This document shows, in pieces, positions 1-8,415 of a stretch of DNA of 28,724 bases. The stretch comes from an uncultured virus (IMG/VR IMGVR_UViG_647533234_000003). Lineage: Duplodnaviria > Heunggongvirae > Uroviricota > Caudoviricetes. A model generated the notes under the pieces. The model saw only the letters and a list, made by a program, of their open reading frames with translations. It did no database searches and was not told the origin of the DNA. Every line of letters begins with the position of its first letter. Positions within the stretch are counted from its first letter, which is position 1. Location: IMG/VR virus record IMGVR_UViG_647533234_000003; one strand, written 5' to 3'. The translations under genes and the position numbers were made by a program.

Positions 1-1258
1 CTCGAACCGCCGCCTCATCGCCTCCGTGCTCCAGCGCGCGGACGAGCCGGGGGAGCTGCTCGCCTACTGGCGGAGCCGGTTCGGCGCCCGCCTGCCCCAG
101 CCCGTGAAGCGCGGTGTCGCGGACGCCGTCCAGCGGCTCTACACCGAGCGGTCCCTGCTCAAGTACGACACGGCCTCGCACGGCTTCCGCTTCGGGGATG
201 TCCTGGAGCTGGTGCACGCGCGCCCGGCTGTCGACCGGCCCGCGCAGGGCGACCTCTTCAAGCACGCCATCGACCGGCGTCACGGCCGCGAGGGTGCCCC
301 CGCCGCGCTCCCTCTCCTCGTCGAGCGGGAGCGCCTGGCCGCGCTGCCCGTCGCCAAGCGTCGCGAGGTGCTTCGCGACCCGGAGCGGCTGTCGCGTGCC
401 GGGATGACCTGGGAAGCGCTCGCGGGGTGGCTCCAGGGCCCGATGGACGCGGCGGCGTGGGAGGCCGTGATCCCGGCGATGGGATACATGGCGCTCCTGC
501 GCAACCTCCGGAACTTCGACCAGGCGGGCGTCCGCGACGAGGTCACCGAGCGCGTCGCCGCGCGCCTGGGCGACCCGGAGGAGGTGGCGCGCTCCCGCCA
601 GCTCCCCATGCGGTTCTACTCGGCCTACAAGGCCGCGCCGTCGCTGCGGTGGGGGCACGCCCTGGAGAAGGCACTCGCCGCGGCGCTCTCCTCCGTGCCG
701 GAGCTACCGGGACGGACCCTCGTCCTCGTCGACACCTCTACCTCGATGCAGGAGAACTTCTCGAAGGACGGGACGGTGGCACGCTGGGACGCTGCCGCGC
801 TCTTCGGGATCGCCCTCGGGCAGCGCTGCGCGAGCGCTGACGTGGTGTCGTACTCCTCGGCGCGCTACTACCTGCGCGACGCGCCGGGAGCGAAGACGCG
901 CGGCTTCCCGATGCGCGGCGGCGAGGCGCTGCTCCGGGCCGTCGAGCGATGGGACCGGGACGGATACTTCCTCGGCGGTGGCACGGACACGGCCGCCGCC
1001 CTGCGTGAGCAGTACCGGGGGCATGACCGCGTCGTGATCGTCACGGACGAGCAGTCCGGCGCCGACCCGACTGAGGTGGACCGGTCGGTCCCGGCGACGG
1101 TGCCGATGTACACGTGGAACCTCGCCGGGTACGAGCGCGGGCACGCGCCCTTGGGCAGCCCGGCCCGGCACGCCTTCGGCGGGCTCACGGACGCGGCCTT
1201 CCGGATGATCCCGCTCCTGGAGCGCGGGCGGGACGCCGCCTGGCCCTGGGAAGGCTGA
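1..1258 (+). CDS. rsr: Ro60/Rsr-like TROVE + vWA domain RNA-binding protein (5' end outside window)
   Basis: Frame is open from base 2 (SNRRLIASVLQRADEPGELLAYW...). TROVE-type motifs include 'MTWEALAGW', 'MGYMALLRNLRNF' and 'RSRQLPMRFYSAY'. The C-terminal vWA has a MIDAS 'VLVDTSTSM', plus 'GGGTDT' and 'IVTDEQ'. Confidence 0.9.
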   Translation, partial: SNRRLIASVLQRADEPGELLAYWRSRFGARLPQPVKRGVADAVQRLYTERSLLKYDTASHGFRFGDVLELVHARPAVDRPAQGDLFKHAIDRRHGREGAPAALPLLVERERLAALPVAKRREVLRDPERLSRAGMTWEALAGWLQGPMDAAAWEAVIPAMGYMALLRNLRNFDQAGVRDEVTERVAARLGDPEEVARSRQLPMRFYSAYKAAPSLRWGHALEKALAAALSSVPELPGRTLVLVDTSTSMQENFSKDGTVARWDAAALFGIALGQRCASADVVSYSSARYYLRDAPGAKTRGFPMRGGEALLRAVERWDRDGYFLGGGTDTAAALREQYRGHDRVVIVTDEQSGADPTEVDRSVPATVPMYTWNLAGYERGHAPLGSPARHAFGGLTDAAFRMIPLLERGRDAAWPWEG

Positions 1259-1264
1259 GTGGGA

Positions 1265-1300
1265 CGCGAGGGACCTCCGTCGTTCGGTGAGTCTCTCGCG
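1265..1300. terminator. Hairpin between convergent rsr and vapC
   Basis: CGCGAGGGAC (1265-1274) pairs with GTCTCTCGCG (1291-1300), with one G-T pair. Confidence 0.45.
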
Positions 1301-1338
1301 CCTTCGGCAGGCTGGTCCTGCGCGGGCCGAGAGGCGGC

Positions 1339-1758
1339 CTACAGGGGAAGCTCGGTATCGAGGCGTACCTGACGGAAAGAGGGCCAGAGCCTGGCCAGTG
1401 TCACGTAGTCCTTGTCGACATGCAGCACGGTGAGCGACTCGACATGTGCAGTCCCGGCGAGTAGCAGATCGACGGGGCCGCAAGAACGATGCGCTCCGTG
1501 CTTCGTAAGTGCCTCTTGCATGTCACGTCCGGCATCGTAGGCGGCGGGTGTCGGCGTGACGGCAGAAAATAGCAAACCTAGTTTCTGTAGAAGTTCGTCG
1601 CGATCTCGCGCCTTCTGCGCTGAATAGCAGATTTCGAACTCGATAGGTGGAATGATCCCCACCTCGCCTCTGACGATGCAGTCCTTCCAGGCTGGGAAAA
1701 GGTCGGGAGACTTGAAGAATCTGACCACGGCTGAGGTGTCGATGAGATAGTTGATCAC
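1339..1758 (-). CDS. vapC: PIN-domain ribonuclease toxin VapC
   Basis: 139 aa with the PIN acidic quartet intact: 'YLIDTS', 'IEFEI', 'PVDLLLA', 'LHVDKDY'. The GTG start overlaps the upstream stop (GTGA). Confidence 0.92.
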   Translation of the reverse strand: MINYLIDTSAVVRFFKSPDLFPAWKDCIVRGEVGIIPPIEFEICYSAQKARDRDELLQKLGLLFSAVTPTPAAYDAGRDMQEALTKHGAHRSCGPVDLLLAGTAHVESLTVLHVDKDYVTLARLWPSFRQVRLDTELPL

Positions 1759-2423
1759 TCGCTCGATTCCGATCCCCTGGTCGCGGGTGAGTCGGTGGGC
1801 TCCACGCCAGATTCGCCGGTATCCGAAATGATTTGGTGAGCTTCTGCGACTTCCTTGGCCACTCTCAGTAGTAGATCCATTGCGGGTAGTGTGACCGTGT
1901 ATCCAACCTCGCCGTGGCCACTGCTTGCCTCGCTCGAACTCTTGAATTCCAGAGTCGAGGGGAGGAGCGAAGATGGGTCAGCGTAATCCAGTGAGCCTGC
2001 AATTAGCGCCTTCTCCATCCGGAAGGCGGGCCTTTCAGCGAGGAGCGCAGCCAGATTGCGCTTTGCTGCCTCCCGTGCTCGGGGCTGGAACTGTACGGCA
2101 AGGAGTGCAGCTTGGAGATCGCGCCTTGTTTGATCAGTCGCGCGCCGCAAAGATTCGCGCAAATGCCCGATGTTGGCTTCGCTCGCTTGTTCCGATGGCT
2201 CGCCAGGTGAAGGTCGGTAGTTACTCTTCTCGTCGAGCTGGTCCCAGTCGAGTCTGCCGCTGCTGATCATGTTGGAGAGATCAGTGATTGCGTTCTCGCG
2301 CTTTCCTTGGTCCGCGACAGCCCGAAGTGCTGCGTTAACGGTTTCCTTGATCGTAGTTGTCCCGAGCTTCTTCATGGCTGCTGCCAGGAGGTCCGGATCG
2401 ATATCGACCGACTTTTTCGGCAT
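1755..2423 (-). CDS. vapB: VapB-type antitoxin with a long C-terminal extension
   Basis: N-terminus 'MPKKSVDIDPDLLAAAMKKLGTTTIKETVNAALR' is the typical actinobacterial VapB RHH-like motif. It lies directly upstream of, and is coupled to, vapC. Length is 222 aa. Confidence 0.8.
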   Translation of the reverse strand: MPKKSVDIDPDLLAAAMKKLGTTTIKETVNAALRAVADQGKRENAITDLSNMISSGRLDWDQLDEKSNYRPSPGEPSEQASEANIGHLRESLRRATDQTRRDLQAALLAVQFQPRAREAAKRNLAALLAERPAFRMEKALIAGSLDYADPSSLLPSTLEFKSSSEASSGHGEVGYTVTLPAMDLLLRVAKEVAEAHQIISDTGESGVEPTDSPATRGSESSE

Positions 2424-2521
2424 GTATCTACCCTCTGTTGTGGCCCCGATTGAGAGCGCTCAAAGATTTCCAGCCCGCAGGTAGAGCTAGGCGATTCACC
2501 CTCTGATCGAACGGTTGCGAG

Positions 2522-2821
2522 CTACTTCCTCGGTGACTTCTCGGCGGGGATCTTGCCGTCGCGGATGTCCATGACGGTCTGCCGTGAGTACTTGCTCAGC
2601 TCGATGACCTTCGTGAGGACGCCCCGCTGGATGCGCCTGTTGTGGTTCTCGGGGAAGGTTGCGTGGATCGCGCGGCGCAGCGCGGCGCGGGCTTCCTCTG
2701 TCTTGCGTTCCAGCTCGGCCACGCGCTTCTGGGCCTTCTTGATCTCGGCGTAGTGCTCCTCTAGCGGGAGATCGGGCAGGTCTTCGGGTCGGCCGTAGCC
2801 GGCGTTGTCGTCGGTGCTCAT
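2522..2821 (-). CDS. Small coiled-coil + HTH-like protein, candidate repressor
   Basis: 99 aa. A helical N-half is followed by the HTH-like 'GVLTKVIELSKYSRQTVMDIRDGK'. It is divergent from the operator-containing promoter at 2923-2952. Confidence 0.6.
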   Translation of the reverse strand: MSTDDNAGYGRPEDLPDLPLEEHYAEIKKAQKRVAELERKTEEARAALRRAIHATFPENHNRRIQRGVLTKVIELSKYSRQTVMDIRDGKIPAEKSPRK

Positions 2822-2905
2822 GTCGTCATGTTCGCACGGCGGATCGTCTACTTGCTATGCCTTGCGTGTCGTCACTGCCGGGCGCGTGGTGAGTGTCGAC
2901 ACACC

Positions 2906-2952
2906 AGGCAATGCCTAGTGTTTTGACATTGCCTAGTCTCTGGGCATAAAGT
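2906..2952 (+). promoter_or_regulatory. Sigma70/HrdB-type promoter with operator, copy 1
   Basis: TTGACA 2923-2928, 18-bp spacer, TAAAGT 2947-2952. The spacer holds TGCCTAGTCTCTGGGCA (2930-2946), and an extra TGCCTA sits at 2912, 18 bp upstream. Confidence 0.8.
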
Positions 2953-3008
2953 TTCTCGTGTCAGCAGGTCAGGGCGCCGCCCAGACCACGACGGCACGGG
3001 AGGCCACC

Positions 3009-3359
3009 ATGAGCACCACCTACACCCACTGCATCGGCTGTGGCCGCCCCGTCCGCAGCGAGCAGGCCCGCCGCACCGGCTACGGCTCCAAGTGCATCCG
3101 CCAAATCCGCCGCGCCACCCGCACGGAGCTGCCCGGCTTCAAGCCCGCCCAGCTCGATGCCGCCCGCGAGCTGATCGAGGACGGCGGCATCGTCGCCACC
3201 CGCGAGACCCGCGTCGGCCTCGTCTACCGCGTCGTCAGCACCGACGGCACCGCCGTCCACCTCGCCACCGCCGCCGGGCACTGCACCTGCCCCGCCGGGC
3301 ACCAGGGCCGCCGCTGCTACCACGTCGCCGCCGCCCAGATGCTCACCCTCGCCGCCTGA
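3009..3359 (+). CDS. Zn-finger (DUF6011-like) + SWIM zinc-finger protein
   Basis: GGGAGG RBS before ATG 3009. Motifs 'CIGCGRPV..EQARRTGYGSKC' and SWIM 'CTCPAGHQGRRCYH'. Confidence 0.8.
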   Translation: MSTTYTHCIGCGRPVRSEQARRTGYGSKCIRQIRRATRTELPGFKPAQLDAARELIEDGGIVATRETRVGLVYRVVSTDGTAVHLATAAGHCTCPAGHQGRRCYHVAAAQMLTLAA

Positions 3360-3369
3360 CCCACCCCCA

Positions 3370-3398
3370 GGGGCGGGCGCCCCGTCAGCGCCCGCCCC
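3370..3398 (+). promoter_or_regulatory. Intergenic hairpin with CCCG-TCAG loop upstream of an RBS
   Basis: GGGGCGGGCGC-CCCGTCA-GCGCCCGCCCC, followed by AAGGAG at 3411. Confidence 0.55.
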
Positions 3399-3421
3399 AC
3401 CACCTCGCCGAAGGAGACGCC

Positions 3422-3637
3422 TTGCAGTTCCCCACCACCCTCTCCCCGCAGCTCCTTCGCGCCGGTGACGTCGTCACCATCTGAGGCCGCCGCGAGGTCG
3501 TCGCCCACGTGGAGACCACCACCGCGCCCCTCCTCCCCGGGCGCACGGTCCACGTCTTCGTGCAGGGCGAGCCGAGCGACGACCCCTTCCTGATGCGTCC
3601 GTCCGACGCCGTCCCCGTCCACTCCCGCACCACCTGA
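3422..3637 (+). pseudogene. Small hypothetical gene interrupted by an in-frame TGA (3482-3484)
   Basis: AAGGAG RBS and TTG start. Translation is MQFPTTLSPQLLRAGDVVTI*GRREVVAHVETT...VHSRTT*, with high-GC3 codons on both sides of the stop. Confidence 0.6.
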
Positions 3638-3685
3638 CCCCCGGGCGGCCCGCCGTGCCCGCTCACCCCTTCGGAAGGAGCCGAC

Positions 3686-3982
3686 CTGAAGTCCGCCGCT
3701 ACGTCCCCAGTCTCCGTGCTCGTCGTCGATGTCACCCTCACGGCGGGAGCGGAGAAGCGGCCCTCTCTCGCCGCCACGGCGAACGCGGCCTCGCGCCACC
3801 CCAACCGCCGCCGCCCCCGCAGCTCCGGTGCCTCCCTCCGTGCGCGGGGCGCGGGGATCGGCTTCTGGGACGACGAGATCAGCGCCGATGGCGGGAAGCG
3901 CTACCTCCACCACCGCGCACGCCGCCTCACCCGCACCGAGACCCGCGCCGCCATCGCAGATGCCTTCCTCGACCGCCCCTGA
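3686..3982 (+). CDS. Hypothetical protein (start uncertain: CTG 3686 behind the RBS, or GTG 3716)
   Basis: GGAAGGAG at 3673-3680 is followed by an in-frame CTG. C-terminus is 'GIGFWDDEISADGGKRYLHH'. Confidence 0.5.
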   Translation: MKSAATSPVSVLVVDVTLTAGAEKRPSLAATANAASRHPNRRRPRSSGASLRARGAGIGFWDDEISADGGKRYLHHRARRLTRTETRAAIADAFLDRP

Positions 3983-4022
3983 CCGCACGTCCCCCCACGC
4001 CCCACCGACGAAAGGCGCCACC

Positions 4023-4370
4023 GTGAACACCGCCGTACTGATCACCCCCGAAGGCCGCATCGCGGAAGTCCTGCTTCCCCGCACCTCGCAGGAGCGCGCC
4101 ACCGTCTACCGCACCCTGTTGCGTTGCGAGACGTACGGCGTCCTCGCCCGCACCAGTCGCCTCGACATGTGGATGGACCTCGACGGTCTGTACAGCCACC
4201 CGGTCAACCCGCTGGCTACCACCCTCGCCCAGCGCTTCGGGCGCTGCTGGCAGCCCTACCGGGGGCGGGTTCTCCTCACCGGCGGCACCGACAGCGTCGG
4301 CGAAACGCTGCCCCTGAGCCCCGAGCAGGTACACGCGCACCTGACCGGTCTCTTCGACCTCCTCGACTGA
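4023..4370 (+). CDS. DUF3846-like protein
   Basis: Pattern 'AVLITPEG...LDMWMDLDGLYSHPVNPLATTLA...PYRGRVLLTGGTDSVGETLPL'. GTG start after AAAGG. Confidence 0.7.
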   Translation: MNTAVLITPEGRIAEVLLPRTSQERATVYRTLLRCETYGVLARTSRLDMWMDLDGLYSHPVNPLATTLAQRFGRCWQPYRGRVLLTGGTDSVGETLPLSPEQVHAHLTGLFDLLD

Positions 4371-4410
4371 CCCACCCACCGAAGACGCCCAGACCCCCGT
4401 CCCGAAGGAG

Positions 4411-4632
4411 ATGGCCTTGTACCTGCTCGCGCTTCTCGCCGCGCTGATCGTGGGCTACGTCGGTGGCCGCACGCGCCCGTACAACCGCCTTGCTGACTGG
4501 GCGGACTGGCAGGTCCGCTTCCGCCTCGACCGGTGGACGACCCGCCCCCGCCTGCTCGCCCTCTTCACTCTGCTCCTGATCACCGACCCTGTGCGGACGC
4601 TCTCCGCCTGGCGCCGCCGCAACGACCCCTGA
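4411..4632 (+). CDS. Small membrane protein
   Basis: 73 aa with two hydrophobic segments and an AAGGAG RBS. Confidence 0.6.
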   Translation: MALYLLALLAALIVGYVGGRTRPYNRLADWADWQVRFRLDRWTTRPRLLALFTLLLITDPVRTLSAWRRRNDP

Positions 4633-4665
4633 TCCGTAACCGCCCCGCCTAGTGAGGACGCCACC

Positions 4666-5079
4666 ATGCCACGCCGCCGCCCGTTCGCACCCGCGCCGTT
4701 CACCCGAGGCGCCTGGATCACCTGGACCGGCCCCGAGGGGCGGCAGCGTCACGGCCAGGTCGTCACGCAGTCCCCCGGCGAGCTGACGTGGTGGGTGACA
4801 TCCCTCGACGGCGACCGTCTCGACCCCGTACTCCTGCACCGGCAGCCGTGCCGTTCCTGGGGTGCGCGCCGAGCGCGAGACGAAGCGGTCGCGCGCGGCG
4901 AGCAGCCCTACCGCTTCGAGGTTTGGACCGCCGAGACGTACGAGCTGTACGGCCGTCAGCGGGTGCGCCGTGGCGCGTTGCTGGGCGAGGCTCGCCCCTC
5001 CCGCGACCCCTACGTCCCTGCCCCCGTCGCGGCACCCACCGCATCGACGCTCTCACCGCTCTTCGACATCGCCGCGTGA
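4666..5079 (+). CDS. Hypothetical protein
   Basis: GAGGA RBS, operon position and codon usage. Confidence 0.6.
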   Translation: MPRRRPFAPAPFTRGAWITWTGPEGRQRHGQVVTQSPGELTWWVTSLDGDRLDPVLLHRQPCRSWGARRARDEAVARGEQPYRFEVWTAETYELYGRQRVRRGALLGEARPSRDPYVPAPVAAPTASTLSPLFDIAA

Positions 5080-5099
5080 GCGGCTGAAAGGAACCGACC

Positions 5100-5495
5100 G
5101 TGCCTACCTCGACAACATCTCCGAAGGCGGACGACCTCGTCCGCTCGGCGCTCGCAGCGCGCACCCGCGCGGCGACCGCGACCGCCCGGAACATCTGGAC
5201 GAAGGAGCGACTCCTCGCCGCCCCGCCTTGCGAGAGTCGGGCGGTGAACCTCTTCAGCCGTCTCGTCACCGCGCAGGCCGCAGCCGCCTTCTGGCGCCAC
5301 GCCCAGGCGGTAGCCGACGGGGCACGACCCACCCAGGTGCACGCCGATGTGACGGCGTGGCTAGTGCGGAGGGAGCGGGGGATCGCTCACGGTTGCCCCC
5401 CGAGCGATCCCGTTGCGGCCGCAGCCGCGTCCCTTCAGCGGCGCGCGCAAGGGAACGCGGCGCGAGACCTTCGCCGGCTGCTCTCCTCGACCTGA
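5100..5495 (+). CDS. Hypothetical protein
   Basis: AAAGGA RBS and GTG start; ends just before a strong hairpin. Confidence 0.6.
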   Translation: MPTSTTSPKADDLVRSALAARTRAATATARNIWTKERLLAAPPCESRAVNLFSRLVTAQAAAAFWRHAQAVADGARPTQVHADVTAWLVRRERGIAHGCPPSDPVAAAAASLQRRAQGNAARDLRRLLSST

Positions 5496-5501
5496 CGCAC
5501 T

Positions 5502-5554
5502 CGACGAACGGTCAGGCCCCTGCGGATCAACCGCAGGGGCCTGGCCGTTCGTCG
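5502..5554. terminator. Bidirectional intrinsic terminator-like hairpin
   Basis: 24-bp stem CGACGAACGGTCAGGCCCCTGCGG / CCGCAGGGGCCTGGCCGTTCGTCG (one G-T) with loop ATCAA, between convergent genes. Confidence 0.8.
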
Positions 5555-5749
5555 TCTGGCTCCTCCTCGGGCGGACTGTGCGCTGCTCGCACACAAGAAG
5601 CCGCCCTGGGCGGGGGCCCGGGGCAACGCCCGGCCGAATGAGCTTCCCTGCGCGGGTCGTTGTCCACGCCACACCTCGCCGGAGGTAGCAGGCAGAGCAG
5701 CCCAGCGCCCCCGCACGAGACCCGGTGCGGGGGCGCTCCGCAGCGCGTC

Positions 5750-6124
5750 TCACGCCTCCGTCTCGTCCTGAGACTCGTCGGGGGCGGCGTTGGGCGACAC
5801 CGTCCGCGCGAGATGGCCCAGCATCATCGCGGCCCCGACAGGCGAGCGAGCAAAGGGGCCTTCGAGGCGGGCGGCGGCAATGTAGATACCGATCGGCGAC
5901 TGCCGCTCGTAGAGCATCACGTAATCGGTCTCGCGGCGCGGGAGCGGAGCAGGCTGGTGAGCGATGCCGTTCGCGTCGAGCCAGTCCGCGATCTGCGCGC
6001 TGCGGCCCAGGCTCAACTTCTGCCACTCGGCCTCGTACTGCTCCCGGAGCCACTTCATCTCGACGGCCGCCAGGCCGTCGTTACCGGCTAGCTTCTCCAG
6101 GACGGCCTGGATGTCACGCGACAT
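5750..6124 (-). CDS. Hypothetical protein
   Basis: 124-aa globular-looking ORF (MSRDIQAVLEKL...) with a GGGGGGA RBS. Confidence 0.65.
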   Translation of the reverse strand: MSRDIQAVLEKLAGNDGLAAVEMKWLREQYEAEWQKLSLGRSAQIADWLDANGIAHQPAPLPRRETDYVMLYERQSPIGIYIAAARLEGPFARSPVGAAMMLGHLARTVSPNAAPDESQDETEA

Positions 6125-6308
6125 GATCCCCCCACGGTTCATTGCGGTGAAGATGGATCATGGCACGCCCGCACTACCGCGCACGAGGGCGCCCGCCCCC
6201 CGGTCTCCCGTACGCGGGCGTGGCAGGGCCTGCCCAGGCCGCACGGCAGGTCCCTCGGGTGGCGGCTTTGGGAGGGCGTTCGCGGGCTTACCGGGCGAAG
6301 CTGAGGGC

Positions 6309-6530
6309 ATGGCCACGCACCCGCCGATCGTCGTCTACCCGCCGTCCTCGACCGGCGGCCGGCGCGTACGGGTCGACGGGGAGATCCTCGGCCTCGCGCA
6401 CGGTCTCGCTGACGTGGCGGAGTTCCTGCGCCGGGCGGGGCTGGAGGGGATCGACGAGACGGACGTAGCGCGGTCGTTGGTGATCGACTGGCGTGGGGGC
6501 GGCCCGGACGAGTGGGCCGCCCCCACGTAG
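6309..6530 (+). CDS. Conserved small Streptomyces-type hypothetical protein
   Basis: 'PIVVYPPSSTGGRRVRVDGEILGLAHGLADVAEFLRRAGL...IDWRGGGPDEW' is a familiar actinomycete mobile-element family. Confidence 0.75.
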   Translation: MATHPPIVVYPPSSTGGRRVRVDGEILGLAHGLADVAEFLRRAGLEGIDETDVARSLVIDWRGGGPDEWAAPT

Positions 6531-6559
6531 TCAGCCCGTCGCGGGGCCGCCGCTCAGGG

Positions 6560-7165
6560 TTAGTTGCGGGAGGATTCCTTCGCCAGGGCGGCCAGGCACC
6601 TGCGGCAGGTGACGGCCTGCTCGGTCGGGATGAGGAAGTGGTACCGGGCGAGGGCCGAGCGCGAGGCGCAGCACTTCGGGGCCCGTCCGACGGGCAGCGC
6701 CTTGGTGCGCGCCCCGGAGGCGTGGACGACGCCCGTGTGCGTCTGGAGGTTGGGCCGCGCGGGGCTCTCCAACTCCTCGGCGGGCTGCTTCTCGGTCTCC
6801 ACGGCGGACACGAAACGGGTCGGGTAGCTGGAGACGGAGCCGAACCGGTCGTCGCGCACGGCCACGTACCCAGGCGCTGTGTGGATGTGGGCCACGGTGC
6901 CCGTCTGCGGGTCCCGGCCGGGGCGCTTGACCACCACGGCCTGGCCCTGCGTGAACCCCTCCGGCGCGGGCGCGTCGACCAGGGTCAGGAGGACGTTCCG
7001 GCCGTCCTTGTGCTCGATGGCGTAGTCGGTGCGGGTGATGGAGGACATGGTCCGGACCTGGCGCCGGCCACCCATCATCGCCTCGTTGATCTCCGCGAGG
7101 CCCTCGGCCTGGTCGACGAAGGCGGTGGTCCTGCCGTTCTCGGTGCGCCTGTAGACCTGGGACAT
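6560..7165 (-). CDS. Hypothetical protein with a C-terminal Cys cluster
   Basis: GGAGGAG RBS and ATG 7165 (MSQVYRR...). Contains 'KCCASR...VTCRRC'. First gene after promoter copy 2. Confidence 0.7.
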   Translation of the reverse strand: MSQVYRRTENGRTTAFVDQAEGLAEINEAMMGGRRQVRTMSSITRTDYAIEHKDGRNVLLTLVDAPAPEGFTQGQAVVVKRPGRDPQTGTVAHIHTAPGYVAVRDDRFGSVSSYPTRFVSAVETEKQPAEELESPARPNLQTHTGVVHASGARTKALPVGRAPKCCASRSALARYHFLIPTEQAVTCRRCLAALAKESSRN

Positions 7166-7201
7166 GGGGGCTCCTCCGTGGTGCGGCTGCCGCAAACTGT
7201 T

Positions 7202-7254
7202 TGCCTAGACAGAAGACTATGCCTAACCGTTAGGCAATGCAAAGTGACTAGGCA
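7202..7254 (-). promoter_or_regulatory. Promoter with operator, copy 2 (most symmetric)
   Basis: Minus strand TTGCAT (7242-7237), 17 bp, TAGTCT (7219-7214). The spacer is the perfect palindrome TGCCTAAC-C-GTTAGGCA (7220-7236). Outer half-sites are TGCCTAG 7202 and CTAGGCA 7248-7254. Confidence 0.85.
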
Positions 7255-7434
7255 GATGGATGGAGTTTGCGAGCACGTCCACAAGCTCGTCGAGACGATC
7301 CCTGTGCCCCGGAGCCGGGCCCCGTTCCTCCGGACCATCGCTGTTTGCGCAGTACGGGGGGCAGATCCGCGCAGGGGCAGGGCGTGGACCGGCCCCCGCG
7401 CGCACCATCAACTCCGGGAACCACTTCGCCCCGA

Positions 7435-7923
7435 TCAGCGTCCGCTCGGCGGCCGAGGGCCAGCCGCGATCAGGGCTGCTAGCCCGATCCAGCCCTTGTG
7501 CCACGCCTGATCGAGCAGCGGACCGGCCGCCGGGTCGTGAGCGAGCCAGCCGCCCTTCCCGGCCGCGTAGGCGGCGCGGACCAAGAGCGGCGCGCCGTCT
7601 CCTTCGCCGTTGGTCCAGTGCCCGTTGCAGCGGTCCGCCGCGTAGTGCGTGATGGCGGAGAGCGTGAGCCCGGCGGCGGCGCGGCGCCAGGTCAGGCCGA
7701 GGCGGAGATACCGGTCGGCCGCGTAGAGCGCGAGCGCCTGTGTCGCGGTGTACGAGGCGACGTGCCGTGCGCAGGCGGCGGCGCCGGCTGGGCCGTGCTG
7801 GCCCTTCGCCTTCGCGTCAGCGTCCCTTTGGATGAGGTAGTCGCCGACTTCGTGGGCCGCGGTGAGGGCCGCGTACGCGACGGCGGCCTGGACTGCGGCA
7901 GGCTGGTGGCTCTGCTGAACCAT
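7435..7923 (-). CDS. DUF3307-like membrane protein
   Basis: Motifs 'AAHEVGDYLIQ', 'RHVASYT', 'THYAADR' and 'LLDQAWH', with hydrophobic helices. Confidence 0.75.
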   Translation of the reverse strand: MVQQSHQPAAVQAAVAYAALTAAHEVGDYLIQRDADAKAKGQHGPAGAAACARHVASYTATQALALYAADRYLRLGLTWRRAAAGLTLSAITHYAADRCNGHWTNGEGDGAPLLVRAAYAAGKGGWLAHDPAAGPLLDQAWHKGWIGLAALIAAGPRPPSGR

Positions 7924-8047
7924 GTCACTCCGTTCTCTCTGCTCTGTCTGCGATCTTCAGGATTGCTGCCGCCCGGACGTGACTCAGCGCCGATGGCCCA
8001 GACGGGACGTGACGCCCATCACGCCGGGAAGGCGAGGTGACCGGGCG

Positions 8048-8278
8048 TCAACAGGGCGGTTCCTCGACGACTGCCTCGTCCCAGGTGTAGGAGCACATCG
8101 CGCACTCGCGCTCCAGGCGCTCGGGCAGCGGTCCGCGCCGCTGCTGGCCGCTGTCCAGCGCGAGGAGCGCGCCGGCGCGTAGGGGTAGTCGGTACTGGGT
8201 GCGGGCGTTGTCGGTCCAGCACTTCGGGCACTTCTTCTCCCAGCCGGAGTACGGAGGGAGCGAGGGGGTGGGGAGCAT
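8048..8278 (-). CDS. Small Zn-ribbon protein
   Basis: 'CPKC ... CAMCSYTW'. Confidence 0.65.
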   Translation of the reverse strand: MLPTPSLPPYSGWEKKCPKCWTDNARTQYRLPLRAGALLALDSGQQRRGPLPERLERECAMCSYTWDEAVVEEPPC

Positions 8279-8308
8279 CGGTGTCGTCTCGTTCAGGGGG
8301 GAAGGAGC

Positions 8309-8349
8309 GGCGGACATGCGGTCCGGACTGTCCGGACCGCATGTCCGCC
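8309..8349. repeat. 41-bp perfect palindrome (20-bp arms, 1-nt centre)
   Basis: GGCGGACATGCGGTCCGGAC-T-GTCCGGACCGCATGTCCGCC. Confidence 0.95.
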
Positions 8350-8415
8350 CAGGTCAGAGGCGCTATCGCAGTGGAGGTGCCCGTCCTCGCGCGCGGGCGC
8401 CCGGACAGCGTCCGG

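Noticed and set aside
1259..1338. Y RNA or tRNA-like gene downstream of Ro60
   Set aside because: Only 80 bp, with a simple hairpin and no convincing T-arm or Ro-binding stem. Any Y RNA would more likely be upstream, outside the window.
8309..8349. Protelomerase (hairpin telomere) target site
   Set aside because: GC-rich with an odd centre, and no protelomerase gene in the window; kept only as an unexplained palindrome.
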